64,000 bases of DNA from Catajapyx aquilonaris (taxonomy: Eukaryota): NCBI GenBank assembly GCA_000934665.2, contig KZ537958.1, forward strand, positions 1 to 64,000, read 5' to 3'. Below the pieces are notes generated by a model. It saw nothing but the letters and a program-made list of their open reading frames with translations, was not told the DNA's origin and ran no database searches. Both the position numbers and the translations under genes were made by a program. Each line of letters opens with the position of its first letter. The stretch's first letter is position 1. Positions 39,201 through 53,040 of the stretch are shown piece by piece.

Positions 39201-40687
39201 AAATCGGCCATACTTAGCAGCCCAACGGACATAGCAATTATTGAAAAATATGACAGGTGTGCACCAACCCAAGAATAGTGCATTTGCATTTGGCATGGTG
39301 CATGACGCAGTCTATGTAAGCAGGCACGAAGCACCTGCAATCTAATTCACTCCGCTTAATTATGCAGATGGCTGGGTTTAATTTATGGAAGTTGGACTTT
39401 AGGAAATGCATAATCTACTTCCAGTATACGAGGGCGAGTCAAACCATAATCTCCTTTTCGGGGGTCCCCATGCCGTCTGCACGATTTTAATCCTAGACAC
39501 GTGGAAAAATGCTATTTCTGCAGGCAATGCACATGTTTGCTAGAAAATATGTTAGATGGCATAAGTGATTCTATTGGATTAGATGCGTTCATGGGAGGTA
39601 ATCCGCTTTGGTTTTAAAAAAAAGGTGAAGTTGGTTGCAAATCTTTCTCGGTCGAAATGACATTAGGAGTTTATTTCAATTTCGCTCTTTTTTTGTAGCT
39701 GTTCTTTTTTGCTAAATTGAAAAGAGAAGCGTCTTTTCTATCGTGGAGCAGCACTTCAAAAGAAATTCTTTTTGCGACGAAGAAACAAATTAAGGATTTG
39801 AATAGTATACGCGTTGCTTTTATCTCTTTTCCTTGATTTTCAAAAGATAATGACACAACACTCCAAGGGATTCTGGAAATTCCGGATTGAAAGTTTGATG
39901 AATAGTAGATTTGGTTAACAAAAAAAAGCGCTATTCTTTTTCTCACATCCCGACGCACCACTCTGGATTTAGTAATATTGTCTGTCCCGTTTGCAATCTG
40001 TAAATTGGACTTTTAGCAAAGTGGACTGTCCTTGATCCGTATTTTTTTCCACCCCGTTTTTCCTTTGTGACAAAAAAAAATCCTAGCAATTGAAACTGGT
40101 TTCTACTAAAGCTTGGGACAGACATGAGAGGAACTAGCGTCCCATGTTCACCGGGGTCGCTGATTATGCCCAACTCCCCTGGTCTAATTTTCTCCTGCAT
40201 TATGCATGAGTTATGCAAATGGGCTTTCTATTCCGGAGCCGTGATTGAAAAATGCGCTGACACAGATGTTCTCGCCTAACTTTTGTCCCCACTCTACTTC
40301 CACCTACAGTTTGGCCCCCCCTGCCGGTTTGATATTGAACGCAACTGCTCCGGACAAACCCCAAAACTTGATTCCTAGAGCACATTTTATGAGCTCACCA
40401 CATGACTTTGTTCTCAGATTGCAAGGACTAGATACCTCTCCCTAGAGGAAGGTTCGGTTTTTTTTTCTTTGAGAAACTCGCACCTTTGTTGCTCCTATGG
40501 GACCTCAGAAGGGTTTGGCCCACTTTGGCCTGTTCTGTGCTGCAGTTTGCCTCAAGTGCAGCCCTCTGGAATACCTAATCCTAAAGCGACAGAATGTGGC
40601 AAAACAGGTTTTGCATTAATGATGCGGTTTTATGGAGTTTGTCTTAGGGCATAAGCTCTTGAAGGACATATCTAACTGTTTCAAACA

Positions 40688-40960
40688 AATATTTTGAACA
40701 TGGGTGCTGCCAGACATTGCGGTAGATGGATGCAGGGAACGCTTTATCATCCACTGGACCCGAATTTATGTACCATATTTGGCGTTTACTGCAGCTTCCT
40801 TAGATTATGTGCCAGAAATGTGGGATAGAGTAGTTTTTATGGAACACTAAAGACACCCATATTCGAAGCCCTGCAAGAACTGAAATATTGAAATACACGC
40901 AGATATTGCTTTAATCGAACTATTTTTTATGATCTCACAGGTAGACACTTGCATCGAGAT
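40688..40960 (+). mobile_element. Decayed hATm-like DNA transposase fragment
   Basis: Reads MGAARHCGRWMQGTLY, resembling PGAxHxARWMAKxIY. After a frameshift it reads RIYVPYLAFTAASLDYVPEMWDRVVFMEH*...EIHADIAL, resembling YVPxWFxAxxxxxAPxxDLxF...IAxxAL. Motif order is preserved. Confidence 0.4.
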
Positions 40961-42811
40961 GAAATACTGTACATCTGTATAACCTGCTGGGAATATTCCA
41001 ACTCTGCAAATAATTCGCGAAAAACGCCTGTTTTCAGTTGGGATCCGAAACATTATGCATGGTCTGGTGCATTTGAGAATAATAATTAAAAAAATGTATA
41101 TTCTACGTTGCTGAAAAACAAAGCTCAGGGGATGGTCCTTTTTTTTGGAGGCGGTATCAAAATTCAGGAGCGGTCTCTTCCGGAGGATTAAATTGGAGAC
41201 AGCCCTTGACGGAGCGATTCTGAGTAACAAACAGGCTGCTTCTGGCGAGGAAATCAGAAGGGCTGGGGTGTCCTTTTACCTTGTTTGTGCACTCAAGAGC
41301 GTCGGAAACGAATTTCAAACCAGGAACAACAATGCACCGTCTAAGCGGCGCGGCGCGACGTTTTTTTTCAGGCGAAAAAAAAATCGCTCTGGAACCGAGT
41401 CGCCTGGGCTGAGCCAGTTTTTTTAAAGCGCAAAAAATACATTAAAAACCTTTGATTTGTGTCAATCTCGATAAAAGGGATTTAGTGTCCTCTAAACATG
41501 CCGATGCGGGATGGTTTTGCAACCAAGAAAGAGGAAATTGAGGCTGATGACTTTGGTGGTGCTTCAGATGGATTATTACGACGGAGCGGGAAATAAAAAT
41601 CGCGGCGGGTTTTCTCAGTAATGTCTCGTAGTTATTAGCCTTTACCAGTGTAGACGTCTTGAAATGAAATCTTTTGTTGCCGCCGTGGCTTTAGAGGAGA
41701 CTTTTGTAACATTGATTTTTTTTTTACTGGCTGCTGTTAAGCCAGGGTTTAACAACTGGGTGTTATCGCGACAGTTCCTCAAGCATGAAAAGCAGTTAAA
41801 TCAGGTCGTTTTTTTAGGGGGAATAAAGTAAAGTTTGGTATTCGGATCCACTCCGATTTTTCACGTGAGTTTTTCAAATTCAGCGAGGTTAAGAGTTAAT
41901 AACATTTTCCGCAAGACGGAAACGTCAGTTTGGCGTTCGCATTAGACGAGTATGATGGACGCTGATTGTTCCGAGCGGAGAAAGTTTGCCAATATTCCAG
42001 GGCCGTGGAAGACTACGGGAGTCGCATTATCCGGAGGTAAATAACTTTTGTGTAATTGAACTCCGCCCAGCTCCAGCACGCAGACCTGGCAAGAAAAGAT
42101 GTGTTAATGAGAATTAATTGTTTTTAACCGCGCCTTAACTACCTGAAGTTTACGAAGAAAAAAATATCTTAAAAAGTTTTTCCTCAGTGTCTCGCCCTTT
42201 TTTTTCTGATGGTTTTCGACAATGGAGAGCATGTGGTGTCGCCACATCCATGAACGACCATCGCCCTTTGCCTGCAAGAAGCCTGATTAAAAGTAAATGA
42301 AGTCGAAACGCAAGGTTTGGGGTACAAATTGGTGCCAACTTTGTCCCTCGGAAGTCTAGAGTCCGCTGCGGAAACTGCGACTAGTTTATCGCCAGAGCTG
42401 CGTGAATGACTGCTTTTGCCGCCGCCAAATGACCCGTTCTTTCGCCGACTAATGGTGCGAAGCTCGCTATATCAAGATGGACTAACGCCCGGATTATTAC
42501 GACCGGTTGCGGAGTCACGTGCCTATGTCAGCGCTTTCGAACTGGGGGGAAATTTTAAGGCAAATTATGTGCGCAATAATTTGGAGATACGGTCAAAATA
42601 TGGTGTGAATGTACGGCTGTGTGCAAGGTAGTCCGTGTCAACCAAGGAATTATATTATTGCGAACATGGTGCGTGGACAGTGTTTTTGTGTTTGTCGAGT
42701 CTCTTGAGGTACGATGCAACTGTCATGACCTTTGCGCCGGTGTGTCCGCCGGATTATATATTAACGCGTGGACAGTTTCTCCTCCGATCCACCAGAGGCG
42801 CTGAATACACC

Positions 42812-42887
42812 CCATTGCGCATTCGCAGAACGCGGGCCAATAGAAAGCGTCGCGGTAACAATATGCGGCGGACCAATCAGAGGGCAT
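42812..42887 (+). repeat. Dispersed repeat copy A (GCGCA..CGC plus two CCAAT boxes)
   Basis: ccattgcgcattcgcagaacgcgggccaatagaaagcgt...cggcggaccaatcagagggcat aligns by eye with 60354-60415. Confidence 0.7.
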
Positions 42888-45800
42888 AACCAATATTATA
42901 GATGCAAGTTCACAAGAAATAGATGGGATCGAACTAACAGCATCGCAATATTGACAACCAGGTAAAATCCCCCCCAAAAATGTCCCCATGTTAAAAACCC
43001 GGCTGGTTCTCTCCCCTACCCCCAATGCGGTATTGGTGGGGAACATCTGGTTTGGCACAGACATGCGACTGGAGCTTGTATGCGTAACGGCGACATTTGG
43101 CCGCACATACCGTGAATGCTGGGCCCCTCATCTGCGGCCGAAACGCGTCCCCATTGGATGCTGAAGAGCGTGAATATGCCACGGCGTGAGAGCGGAAATG
43201 TTCCCCCCACCATTTCCATGGGCCATTGGTACTGGCGGCACTTGCATATATGCATACAACGCAGGAGGTGTAACGCCGTACATGTCAGCCCCCGGCGGGG
43301 GAAATCTTTTGAGTGGGTATGGTCCAGGGATATTCCAACGAGACTAATGGCCCATGCTGAGCTGTTGTTTTATTAAAATATTTTCATGACCAGTTGTTGG
43401 TACTACCAGTTTAAACAGATAGTTTGACCGACCTTGAAGCAGGTTTGAATTTGCCGCGTTGTGCTGCCATCTATCAGCCATCTGGGGAAAATAAAACCAT
43501 TGGCCGCAATAAATCCGACAGTGTGACAATTTATTTTTTCAAGTGTCGCGTATTGACAGAGCGGAGGAAATTGTGTTGGGAGTCAGCGAGATTATTTTCG
43601 CTTGGCGCGAGAGGCGAATCGCTTCCGACGTTTCCTAGGGAAACGATTTACTGTCGTGAGGTGGTATCAAACCCATTACTTAAGAGCTTTTTGCGGCCTT
43701 GTATGTCACGCTCCCCTCTAGATCTAAAGCCTGACTTGCACACCAGGGGGAACGGAGCTGTATCCGTGTATCCAAACCTGACAGACGAGGGACAATTGCC
43801 TCAATCTTCTGATAAATTGCAGTTTCGCATAATACTTTTTTTTAAAAAATATCATAGGACTTATGAAACGTCCAATCAATTATTTGCAACGTTCATAAAA
43901 TTTTCCTCGTTGCGTAAACACCAATTCTGGCCAATGAATAAATTGTATATTGTGTGCCAATATTGACTTACGCAATATTTGTAACTCACTAAAACACAGA
44001 GTTTTGTTTGCACTTGGGCCATTCACATTGCGGCATCGTTTAATGCTCCGCAGCGCACAGAATTAACCCTGTTAAAAGTAGGCAAGCAGTTCTTGCAAAA
44101 TAAATGCAGTGTATGACATTGGGGTGGCCCCAGTTCTAGTAATGAATTCCCGTTCTCGTTGGCAGAGAACTGAAATATTCTGCATGGTGCGGGTCACAAA
44201 TATGAAAGTAACCCCCGCACATTCCTGGACACAGTCCCAGATGGAACTCCCCAGACATGAAAAGATGATTTACTACAGGTCTGCAAAGTGGGTTTTGCGC
44301 TAAACCCTGCGAAATTAGTTGGGCGGTAGCGTCCCTTGCAACTTGATTTGGTCACGGATATACCGCTGGCTTGAAATGTGGTACGCCGCTCGAGGTGCTT
44401 CACTTTTTTTTTCATCTCTCAGATTCCATTGTCGACAGGGTGTGACAACTGCGACTTGAAAGATGAAGCGAGGACTCGTCACGTCGGGTTTGACGATAGC
44501 ATTAAAAATGGGGAGGGTTGAAAAATTGTTTTTTGGAGAATTAATATGCAAGTGATGCTGGGAACAACGGTTGAAAATTGAGTGATGGCCTATTAATCAT
44601 TAGGTCAAGTCATCAATCGTTACAGCTTGCTGTGATGGACCACAACACTGTTTCATATGTCATTTTGCAGTTTTTATTCAAAATGGCGCTTCTCATAACC
44701 CGATTCTCCTTTGAGGATTAAATTATGCTCAATTTCCTAGATATTTCATCGACGTGTTGTTTCAGCTCGTTTTGTTTCTCCAGCTTCAAAGTTGAGCTAA
44801 ACCTGAACGTGCTCGAAAGTTGAGCTGGAAAAAGAGAAAACAAACTCAGGTTTTTCAAAGTGAGGTAGTATGAAAACCGTTGCAACTGAAACTCACACCG
44901 AGCGATATTGTTTGAAACTGTAGTCAGTTAAGCCAAATTATACCATAACGCGAATGGATCTAGTATTACACACTGCTCGCTTTTGCCATACGCAGAGCCC
45001 GGTTAAGTGCATATCCTTGTTTTTAGGGCTGCATCACGCTTGTTTTAATTATTTTCACAAAAGCCATGAATTAGTAACAATCACGTCCCTTGCAAAAACC
45101 CGGTCCTCTGAAAAAATGAGAGGATCAACATTTCGGCCCTCGTTTCCCATGAAAGACACTGCACTCTGACCACACACACTGCAGCATATATACACACACG
45201 CACTCTGTAAACTGCCACATAGTGCTGCGAATTCCCTTCTCTGTTTACCCAAGCGGAATCGTGGCCAAATTTTTTCCGTCCTCAAAAAAATCCAGACCAG
45301 ATAACCGTAGTGGGACAAAAAATATAATTTCCCCAGGTAGTGGTCATTCGCCAGAAAATGTTTTTTTGGGAGGCAACACACACATACTTAAGCTTCTTCC
45401 TTGGGTGGGCCAAATGGGTCCTTTCCCACGGTTCTCGCATAATGGAGACGATGCCCTGCATCCCACTCTCATCTGGACCTCATGCAACATTTACCTGCAA
45501 CTACAGTTTTTACTGGCTGCAATTATTGCGACCCTAGCGTTTTCCCTATGTAACTTTTGGGAGGTAGGCCACTATATTCTGCGTATAAACACAGGGGCAG
45601 ACTCCAATAAATTTCGTGCGTATTATGTTGCAGCACAATAATTGCAGGAACAAGAGCGCTACTTGGTTACGTGGCAGCGAGGTTTGTAGAGCCATAATCA
45701 GGATATGATGGTGCTTGGCTTGGGGATACCATCCTGCATAATCCTGCCAGGATGTTTGGTGAGATTTTTTTTTTGTAGGATATCTGAAGCGTACCTGTCC

Positions 45801-46472
45801 AATTTTCTACAAGCGACGTTCGAAAGAAGAAAACAAATATTGCTCGCCCATTAATCATGGGAAAACGAGGGGCTCAAAATATGAAAATCGATGGTATTCT
45901 TCTCTGCATCTTCCGTGACCTCGTTTGTCACCTGCTGACAGTTGATACTATTTGAACGCTAGTCAAACCCTCCAATGATAAACGAGCCTTTGATACTAAA
46001 ATGCAGATGTTCTATTTGACAATCGCAGATTCAGCTACAAAAAAATGCAATTTTTTTTCCCACTCATGTCGAGCAAGTCCATATGAATATACCAGGAAAA
46101 TTGATGCGCGAAAGAAATGTGTCAGAAACATCTGGCATGTGAACCCCTTTTTTTATATACATATCCACGGTATTCCGGTCTCTGTTGTTCGGCGGTTTCT
46201 GTCCATTTGCATTTTCAGAACTGGAGAATTTTCCCGGTGCCCGCAACGTGCGGTCGTATGTTTTAAAACAAAAATTTGTTGCAAAGTTGAAACGCGTGTG
46301 TCCAGAACGTGTGCAAATTCCGAGGATTCTAGAAATGCGTGCAGTTTTGAATTACTGCTGCACATGAAAGATGGTTGTGGTTAGATTATACTACATCAAA
46401 CGCTGGATTATTTTACTGTACATGTCAGGATATATGAGGTGTGATGCTAAGCATGTCTGTGTGTCTCCTCAG

Positions 46473-46793
46473 GTGCTCTGTGTTTGGTGGAAGGCCAAGG
46501 TCCTGTGTTTGTTGTGGAGCCTCCATCTCGTGTTGAGTACTCGAACACGACCGGTACTCGTCTGGACTGTTCGGCCCATGGCAGCCCACAACCGGACGTG
46601 GTCTGGACCCTGGGCGACGGAGGGGCTGTGCTCAACATCCCAGGTCTCAGACAGGCCCTTCAGAACGGAAGCCTCCTATTCCCTCCGTTCGCCGCAGAGA
46701 CATACAGGCCGGACATACACCTGGCCACATACAGATGTGTCGCTTCCAACCTGCTCGGAAAGGTCATCAGCAGGGACGTCAAGCTCAAGGCTG
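46473..46793 (+). CDS. Dscam: Dscam-family gene, exon encoding Ig1 (321 nt)
   Basis: Acceptor gtctcctcAG, donor G|gtgagt. Encodes ALCLVEGQGPVFVVEPPSRVEYSNTTGTRLDCSAHGSPQPDVVW...NGSLLFPPFAAETYRPDIHLATYRCVASNLLGKVISRDVKLKA. This carries the Dscam Ig1 hallmarks GPxFxxEPPxxVxxSN, FxPFxAExY and YRCxAxNxxGxxxSRxV. Confidence 0.96.
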
Positions 46794-49700
46794 GTGAGTC
46801 GATATGTCACACATGGGTGTATCTATATCCCGACAGTAGACACTGCATTACTCGCATTTTTATCGGAGAATGCGGTTAACGCTCGTCACACGGGGTTGGT
46901 GTAAGTTTATAATGGCACTGTGCAATTGTGCATAGTTCCACAACTACCAACAATTTTTAAACAAATCCACCAAAAATATGCTGTTTATAATTTGTACAAA
47001 AAATACTGCAAATATGTCTGCTGAAAATAGGCACAAAAACATTTTTCATTTAACATCACAGAATTCGCCAAAGAGTAATGCTGTTCCAGGCATTGTTGCA
47101 CTGGATGGTGCAGATAACGAGTTGACGTTGGGGCTGGGAGCAATGGCGGAGGTGCGCTTAATTACTCTGTATCGTTGCGGCAAAGGCGTGCGGGCTTTCA
47201 TTGGCTACTGTTACTGCGTTCGTCGCGCCTCTCGTTTGCACTCTGACACTAACCTCCTGGCATTAAACTTTTATTGCCCGCCCCCCAGCTATTCTACGCT
47301 CTTATTATTTTTATTCCCAGTCCCTTTTTAATTACCTGGGGCTACGGTGGCCTTTTGCTCCGGTGCAATGCACACCGGGCTTTCTTGAAGCGGCGACCTC
47401 CGAAAAACAGTTTTCCAGGTAACACCGGTCCGGACCATAAAGGGGGGGAGAAAACGTATGAAATATTCGGTGGCGTTGTACTGCCTGACCTGGCCAATTA
47501 CGCGCCTCCGGGTTAGGCCAGGTTTTTTATTGGCAGAAATCCAAATGGGACTTGTATTTATGTTTGCAGTGATTTGGACCCGCGACTTTATGGGAAATCA
47601 GAAATATTGTTTTCACAAAATCGCTTTCAGAAGTATGATTCGAGTTGGAATATTATTTCGAGATAATATATACGAACATACCTATATGTCATTAACACAA
47701 TATTAATTAACTAATTAATTGGTTACCCGAGGGGTACTCGACACTGTGATAAAGTAGTGCAACAATACATACAGGCATGTAAACACTTAAAACCTACATA
47801 TTGCATACAGTCTGATACTGTAATTCGTACCGGCTGTAAATATTTGTCAGGTTTCAGCTCTCTCATGGACGTTTTTGAAGTTGGAATCAAAAAACCGAAT
47901 TTGAAGCCGCATCAACATTTTTTTCAGTGCTCCAGCGAAGCCAACAAACGTGCAAAAAAAGGGTGCGGTTATCCGCAAGCAAACCCCAAGCTGCGGGCTC
48001 TTTGAAATGCAAGCGCTTGTTACTGCCAGCCAACAGCTGCTGCAAATGTCTTGTCCAAAAAACACGGTATAAGAGAGACCCAAAAAATGTTTACAGATAT
48101 GAAGCTTGCATAACCCTATTTCCCCCNCCCCCCCGTTCCTTGAATCCGGTTGTAAGCCTCTTGCCGCAGTGTCGTGTTAGCTGATTGGCAAGAACCTAGG
48201 ACAGAGTTGCTCCCAAAAGTGGAGTTTCCTGTTTGTTCAGACTCATAAACCGGCCCACTTGAAAACAGTAGGAAGATTCTTGGAACGTACCATTTTGGTA
48301 CGACCGGGAAATGTCGTAAAATGTGCAAGAGCATAAATTAAAGAAAAAGGAAAAAGGAAAAAAAAGTTGCCATTTTCTGATGAAAGACTTAAGCTGAGCG
48401 GTCCAATCGTACTCCCAAAAAGGAATTCCGCCTTTGGAGTTCCTTGCTCCTTTGGGCTAATCCGTCTTCTGTGTTGACGGGCAACTTCATTACCACCATT
48501 CGTTGCCAGTCTTGGCCCCCGTATTTCCTCCTTTTCATGATGGTTGATGAGGAGCGGAGATTATCTCTCCGGCGATTCCTGACTGTAACATAGTAGGCAG
48601 CTTGAGAAAATTTGTCGCTGGAGCCAATACCCAAATCCTTTCCCTTGAAGGAAAGGATTCCAAGTTCCAATTTAAAGCTGGGGGAACGAGCAAAGAGAAA
48701 GTAGAGCCGGCAGGAACCGGGATGAAAAATTTGACTGTCTCCAGGTCTGATGTGACAATTCCTCCAGGGAAGTCATTTCCCACAGGTTGCTTTTCTGGAG
48801 CGTAGGAAAAAAAATATTGTTTATCCCTTCACAGCAGGAAAAGGAACTGGAAAAAGTGTCGTCTTCACATTTTTTGACTCGTTGCTTGTAGGAATCGTGT
48901 TTATCTCGGTGCTGGTGACAAGGACACAATTATGGCGAATTCCACATCGTTTCTGCGATGTTGTCTCTTCCGTAGGGTCTGCGCAGAGGAAATGTGAGCT
49001 GGGTAAACTCATTACTCCTCCGTAGCTCTGTGGCCTGAATATTGTGCCCTATTAGAGTTGCTAATTAGCTGCCTCAAACACGTCAGTCGCTCAAATGAGG
49101 TCTCCGAAAGTCATTATTTAATTACATTCAAGCACAGCGCTTGGGTTTACCCGTGGAGACATGTCTCGTAGAAGAGAAAGTGTCAAAACCGAAGCTAGTT
49201 TTGACAAACGAGGCAGAAGACCTCTCTGAAAAGTAAAGAGGGAAGGGGGGGGGGGCCTTTACAACCGGACGGAATAATATGCTGGGTGTGATACGTAGCA
49301 CACTCTGGGCCATGTTTAATTCATGGTGCTGCATTTCACGGGATGCTGGAAAAGACTCAGCAAAATGTAATTTTGCGTCTAGAGGGTTTCTGGCATGCAG
49401 AGGGCTTCAGGAGTGAAAAGACGCGGAGGTTTTCTTGCACGTTCGAGCGTGCTGTTGTGTTAAGGCAGTTCATACCATACGCTGTATGAGGAGAGGAATG
49501 AGGTTAGCTTAAAATTTTTTAAGAAAAATGCAAATATCTCACCATTAGTATGTTGTTTCATGCATGAGGTAGTCGCGACTAATGAACATTTTCCAACTTG
49601 AAAATGCCTGAGCTTTAAAAGACACTCGAGAGCCATTGACCAAGCGCACGTCTGTTAGCAGAACAGAGATAAGCTACAAGTACGGACGAAATGTGCAACA

Positions 49701-52700
49701 ATCTCCAGCTCCTGCACAGGCAATTGAAAGGTAAATGTCTTTTCCTAATGCCAGGTCCCACGTACGCTATCTCCCGTTATAGCCCCCCGCGTTCCAGACT
49801 GAAAAAAAAGTTCCCCATTCATCCCCACCCCTTCCCCATCCCCACCTAAAACTAACTGCAAAGTACCCCCGCACTACTCCAGTTAACATGATTTGCAGTG
49901 CGTGTAATGTGACAGGGCCGCACAATCCGAATGGAAATTTCCACCCAACTGATTGACAATAGCTGGAAGACCCCCCAATGGCTAGATATTTGGTCTGACA
50001 TGAGACGATGACCACCTCCAGTTATCGAGCAGGAATGATAGGACATGGAGTTTCCAACCCTCCAACAATCGGACTTTGACTTCCAATGAGCCGCGGCCAA
50101 CTGCTGCCTTTTGAATCCCCCAACACGGCTTCCCAGATAAGGTGGAAAACGCGGGGACCAAATCTTCCTGCAGGCAAATTACCGCCCCAGAAGCAATTTC
50201 CACTCTATTATCACATAATTCTGCACTCTGTGTCGAGGTGGTAGAAGCGGCCTTTGTCTGCCCCTGGGCTGGAAAGTGCTCGCTCAGGAACCACCCCTCC
50301 CCAACCATACCCACCGAAAAAAAGGCAACCTGCTCCGGGTAAAACGTCCCATTTGCAGCTATCTCCTGCTTCCGCGACCCTGCTTTTTTTCCAGTCGAGA
50401 AAGGTTCCATTAAAGCAAGTCGTTTCCTGAGACGTGGAAGGGAGACTTTGTTAATCATTCACTGGTTCGGGGCTAGGGCCATTGTCCCTGGAAATTTTTG
50501 GTGGGGGAATTGCTGCAGTTGCGGGTTCGAAAACCATCGTTTGCCCGTCCAATTACTGGTGGGCCTTCAGTTACTTTCCGAACGCTTGCATCATTTACGC
50601 TAGCCTAAAACCGGCAGCTTCATTACTTACACCTCCTATGACAAGAGGCCGTTTATTTCACTTTCAGATTAAGCTGGCTGCCAGGACACTTTATTTATTA
50701 GTTGCGCTTGGTTCCTTCGAGAGAGAAAAAAAAATCGATGATTAATTTTTGCTACAAATCTAATGCGACTATGATGAGATTAAAAGTGAAGCTTTTTTTC
50801 CTCGGATTTCTTGGAGAATTTTTTTGCCCCCGTCTGGAAGGCGTGAAGCAGATTTCTTTCTCTCGTGCCAAACTTTTGTGGCTGAAATGAATCGTCTTTC
50901 AGCAAGTCATTACTCTTGCTGATTGTCTTTTCAAACACATTACTTAACCAAAGCTTACACACCATTTGGGGGCCCTCCCGGTGACAAATATTCGGGAGTC
51001 AAAAATTTTCCGGGGTATATAGGTAACGCACATTGGCCGCAAGCCCTGCCATGCACAGTAAGCTCTTTCGGATCTAATTAAAGCGGCTGGCTAAAGGCCC
51101 ATTGCAAGCTTCCCCTCCACTGCTGTTGTCACAGTTTCCAAATCCAATAATGTGATGATAATGTAGACCGACGAATTGTGTACATGCGATGCACCATATT
51201 ATTGCTCGAATGGGGGGCTCTCAGCGATGACCCTAATATGCTGCCATGTTTAGCATTCAGTAACGGGCTGCATATTGATGCTATGATTCATCGCACATTG
51301 CTACTCCCACAGGCGTAATTATGCTCGCCTTGCTATGGGGATGAATGTCAATGTGTATTCCGAATTTTTTATTATTAAAAAACTACTTGTAGTGTAGTGG
51401 ACGTGTAAATATTTGCAACTAGTTGTTTAACCTATGTAAATAAGTCAGTAGTTCACCTTGGCGTGAATGCTGCAGGGAACTTTTCAGTTGCGATTCCATT
51501 TAGGGGGGCCTCGGTGCTTTTCCCTCCCAGTGGGGAAAGCCATGTAAACACGGCAGTCGGAGTGTACACACTTCAGAGAAAGCGGAGGGGTACGAGCTGG
51601 GAAGGCAAAGCGCTAGATATCAACATGGACCGGTGGAAATTGCTGCCATGTTGACTCCCACACCCTTGCTATATTATTGTGCAAACTAATCTGTCGCGCT
51701 TGAAAAGTTAACCTGGAGAAAATTAAGATGTGAGAGGGCTTTACACTCGACCTGGTCTGAAAACCAGAGTTAACTCACTTGTCCGGCAGTCCAAGAGCGA
51801 ATCTGTAACAATAATATTGTTCCTCTTTGGAAAGGTTGACAATAAGTCCATCTCAGGGTGTTGTTTTTTTCGGCCCAAAGAAAAGCTAGCCTGCTGAGAA
51901 AATATTCGTAAAAGTTTTTTTTTGAGAAACATGTCTGGCTCTGTTGTTTTTCATTCAGAGTTTCGAGCGATTTACTAAGTCGTGGTGCTCATCGTTTCAG
52001 ACATCCAGAGACGGATTACGGGGAATTGTCACGTAGCTGACGTGCTTGATCTCCAGGATCAATATGTGGCTGTCTTGACGTTTCACTCAGATGATGAAGC
52101 AACCTGGAATTATGTGAGCGCTACTGTTCCTCGCATTAGTGACAGGCAGAAACTTATCCTCTCATCAAGTCTGTCTCTATTTTTCCAAAAACCGTGTTTA
52201 GCATAAGCGCAAATACGGATAAGCCCGTCGCTTCAAAGCTGTAACTGCTCTAATGGCAAATTAATTGCCTTTTGATGATCCCATTCTCCGCCTGTTGCCA
52301 CAGTGCTTAATACTTCTTGATAACTAAAGCCTTGCTAACGGCTTTGTTCCGACTACGCTTCCGACAGCTGTCGAACAACAACAGAGCCGGAGGACTCGGA
52401 AACTCTGGTTGAGGGAAAGGTCGACAGAGACATGTTGTTGGACATTGCTCTTTTAGCTCATGCCGAGGGTACAGTATATATATTTATAACATGAGTCTCC
52501 GCACGCGTTTCCGCTAACAAACGGCTTAACTGACAGTTAGGCTGATGGAGACTGCCCTTTTAGTTGAAGTACGGAGGAAGAGACCATCAGAGAGACGGCA
52601 GCGTCCTTTGCCTCCCATCCAATTCCGCATCAAGTTGCCTGCAATCGTCTAGATCAGATCTCACTCCCCTCTCATCCCCCCCTCTTCTCCCCACATTAAA

Positions 52701-52878
52701 GTCGCAGCTGCCACCAAAGTGTACTGGTGTTGCTCTGACGGGGATGTCTCTACAACACGATGTGTAATGAGACAGGTTGAAAGGGACGCCTGAAATGACA
52801 GACAGGCTATCATAATGTTAATGCCGTTATCATATGTACGCTGACACGAACTCATATTGAATCCCTCTCTTTTTCCAG

Positions 52879-53040
52879 TGGTGATGCAGCACTTCGAAAT
52901 CCAAGTATACGATGCGTTCGTCCTCCGTGGCAACACAGCCGTGTTCAAATGCGACGTACCCAGCTTCATGCGTGACTACCTGATAGTCAACTCCTGGGTC
53001 CAGGACTACAACTTTAACATTTATCCATCACTCGATGGAG
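52879..53040 (+). CDS. Dscam: Dscam-family gene, exon encoding N-terminal half of Ig2 (162 nt; positional equivalent of Dscam1 exon 4)
   Basis: Acceptor ctctctttttccAG, donor G|gtaagc. Encodes VVMQHFEIQVYDAFVLRGNTAVFKCDVPSFMRDYLIVNSWVQDYNFNIYPSLDG, with the Dscam Ig2 motif VxxGNTAVxKCxVPS. Phase 1 at both ends. Confidence 0.96.

Noticed and set aside
39427..39455. TA-CGAGGGCGAGTCAAA, resembling a mariner terminal inverted repeat
   Set aside because: I found no partner inverted copy or mariner transposase sequence.
31046..46472. Alternative signal-peptide exons or tandem 5' cassettes, as in chelicerate sDscam
   Set aside because: Other gtaag/gtgag donors I checked are not preceded by an ATG-initiated hydrophobic leader, and no second Ig1-like exon is visible.
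46371..46904. 177-aa ORF overlapping the Ig1 exon in another frame
   Set aside because: Shadow frame of the real exon; no independent protein features.
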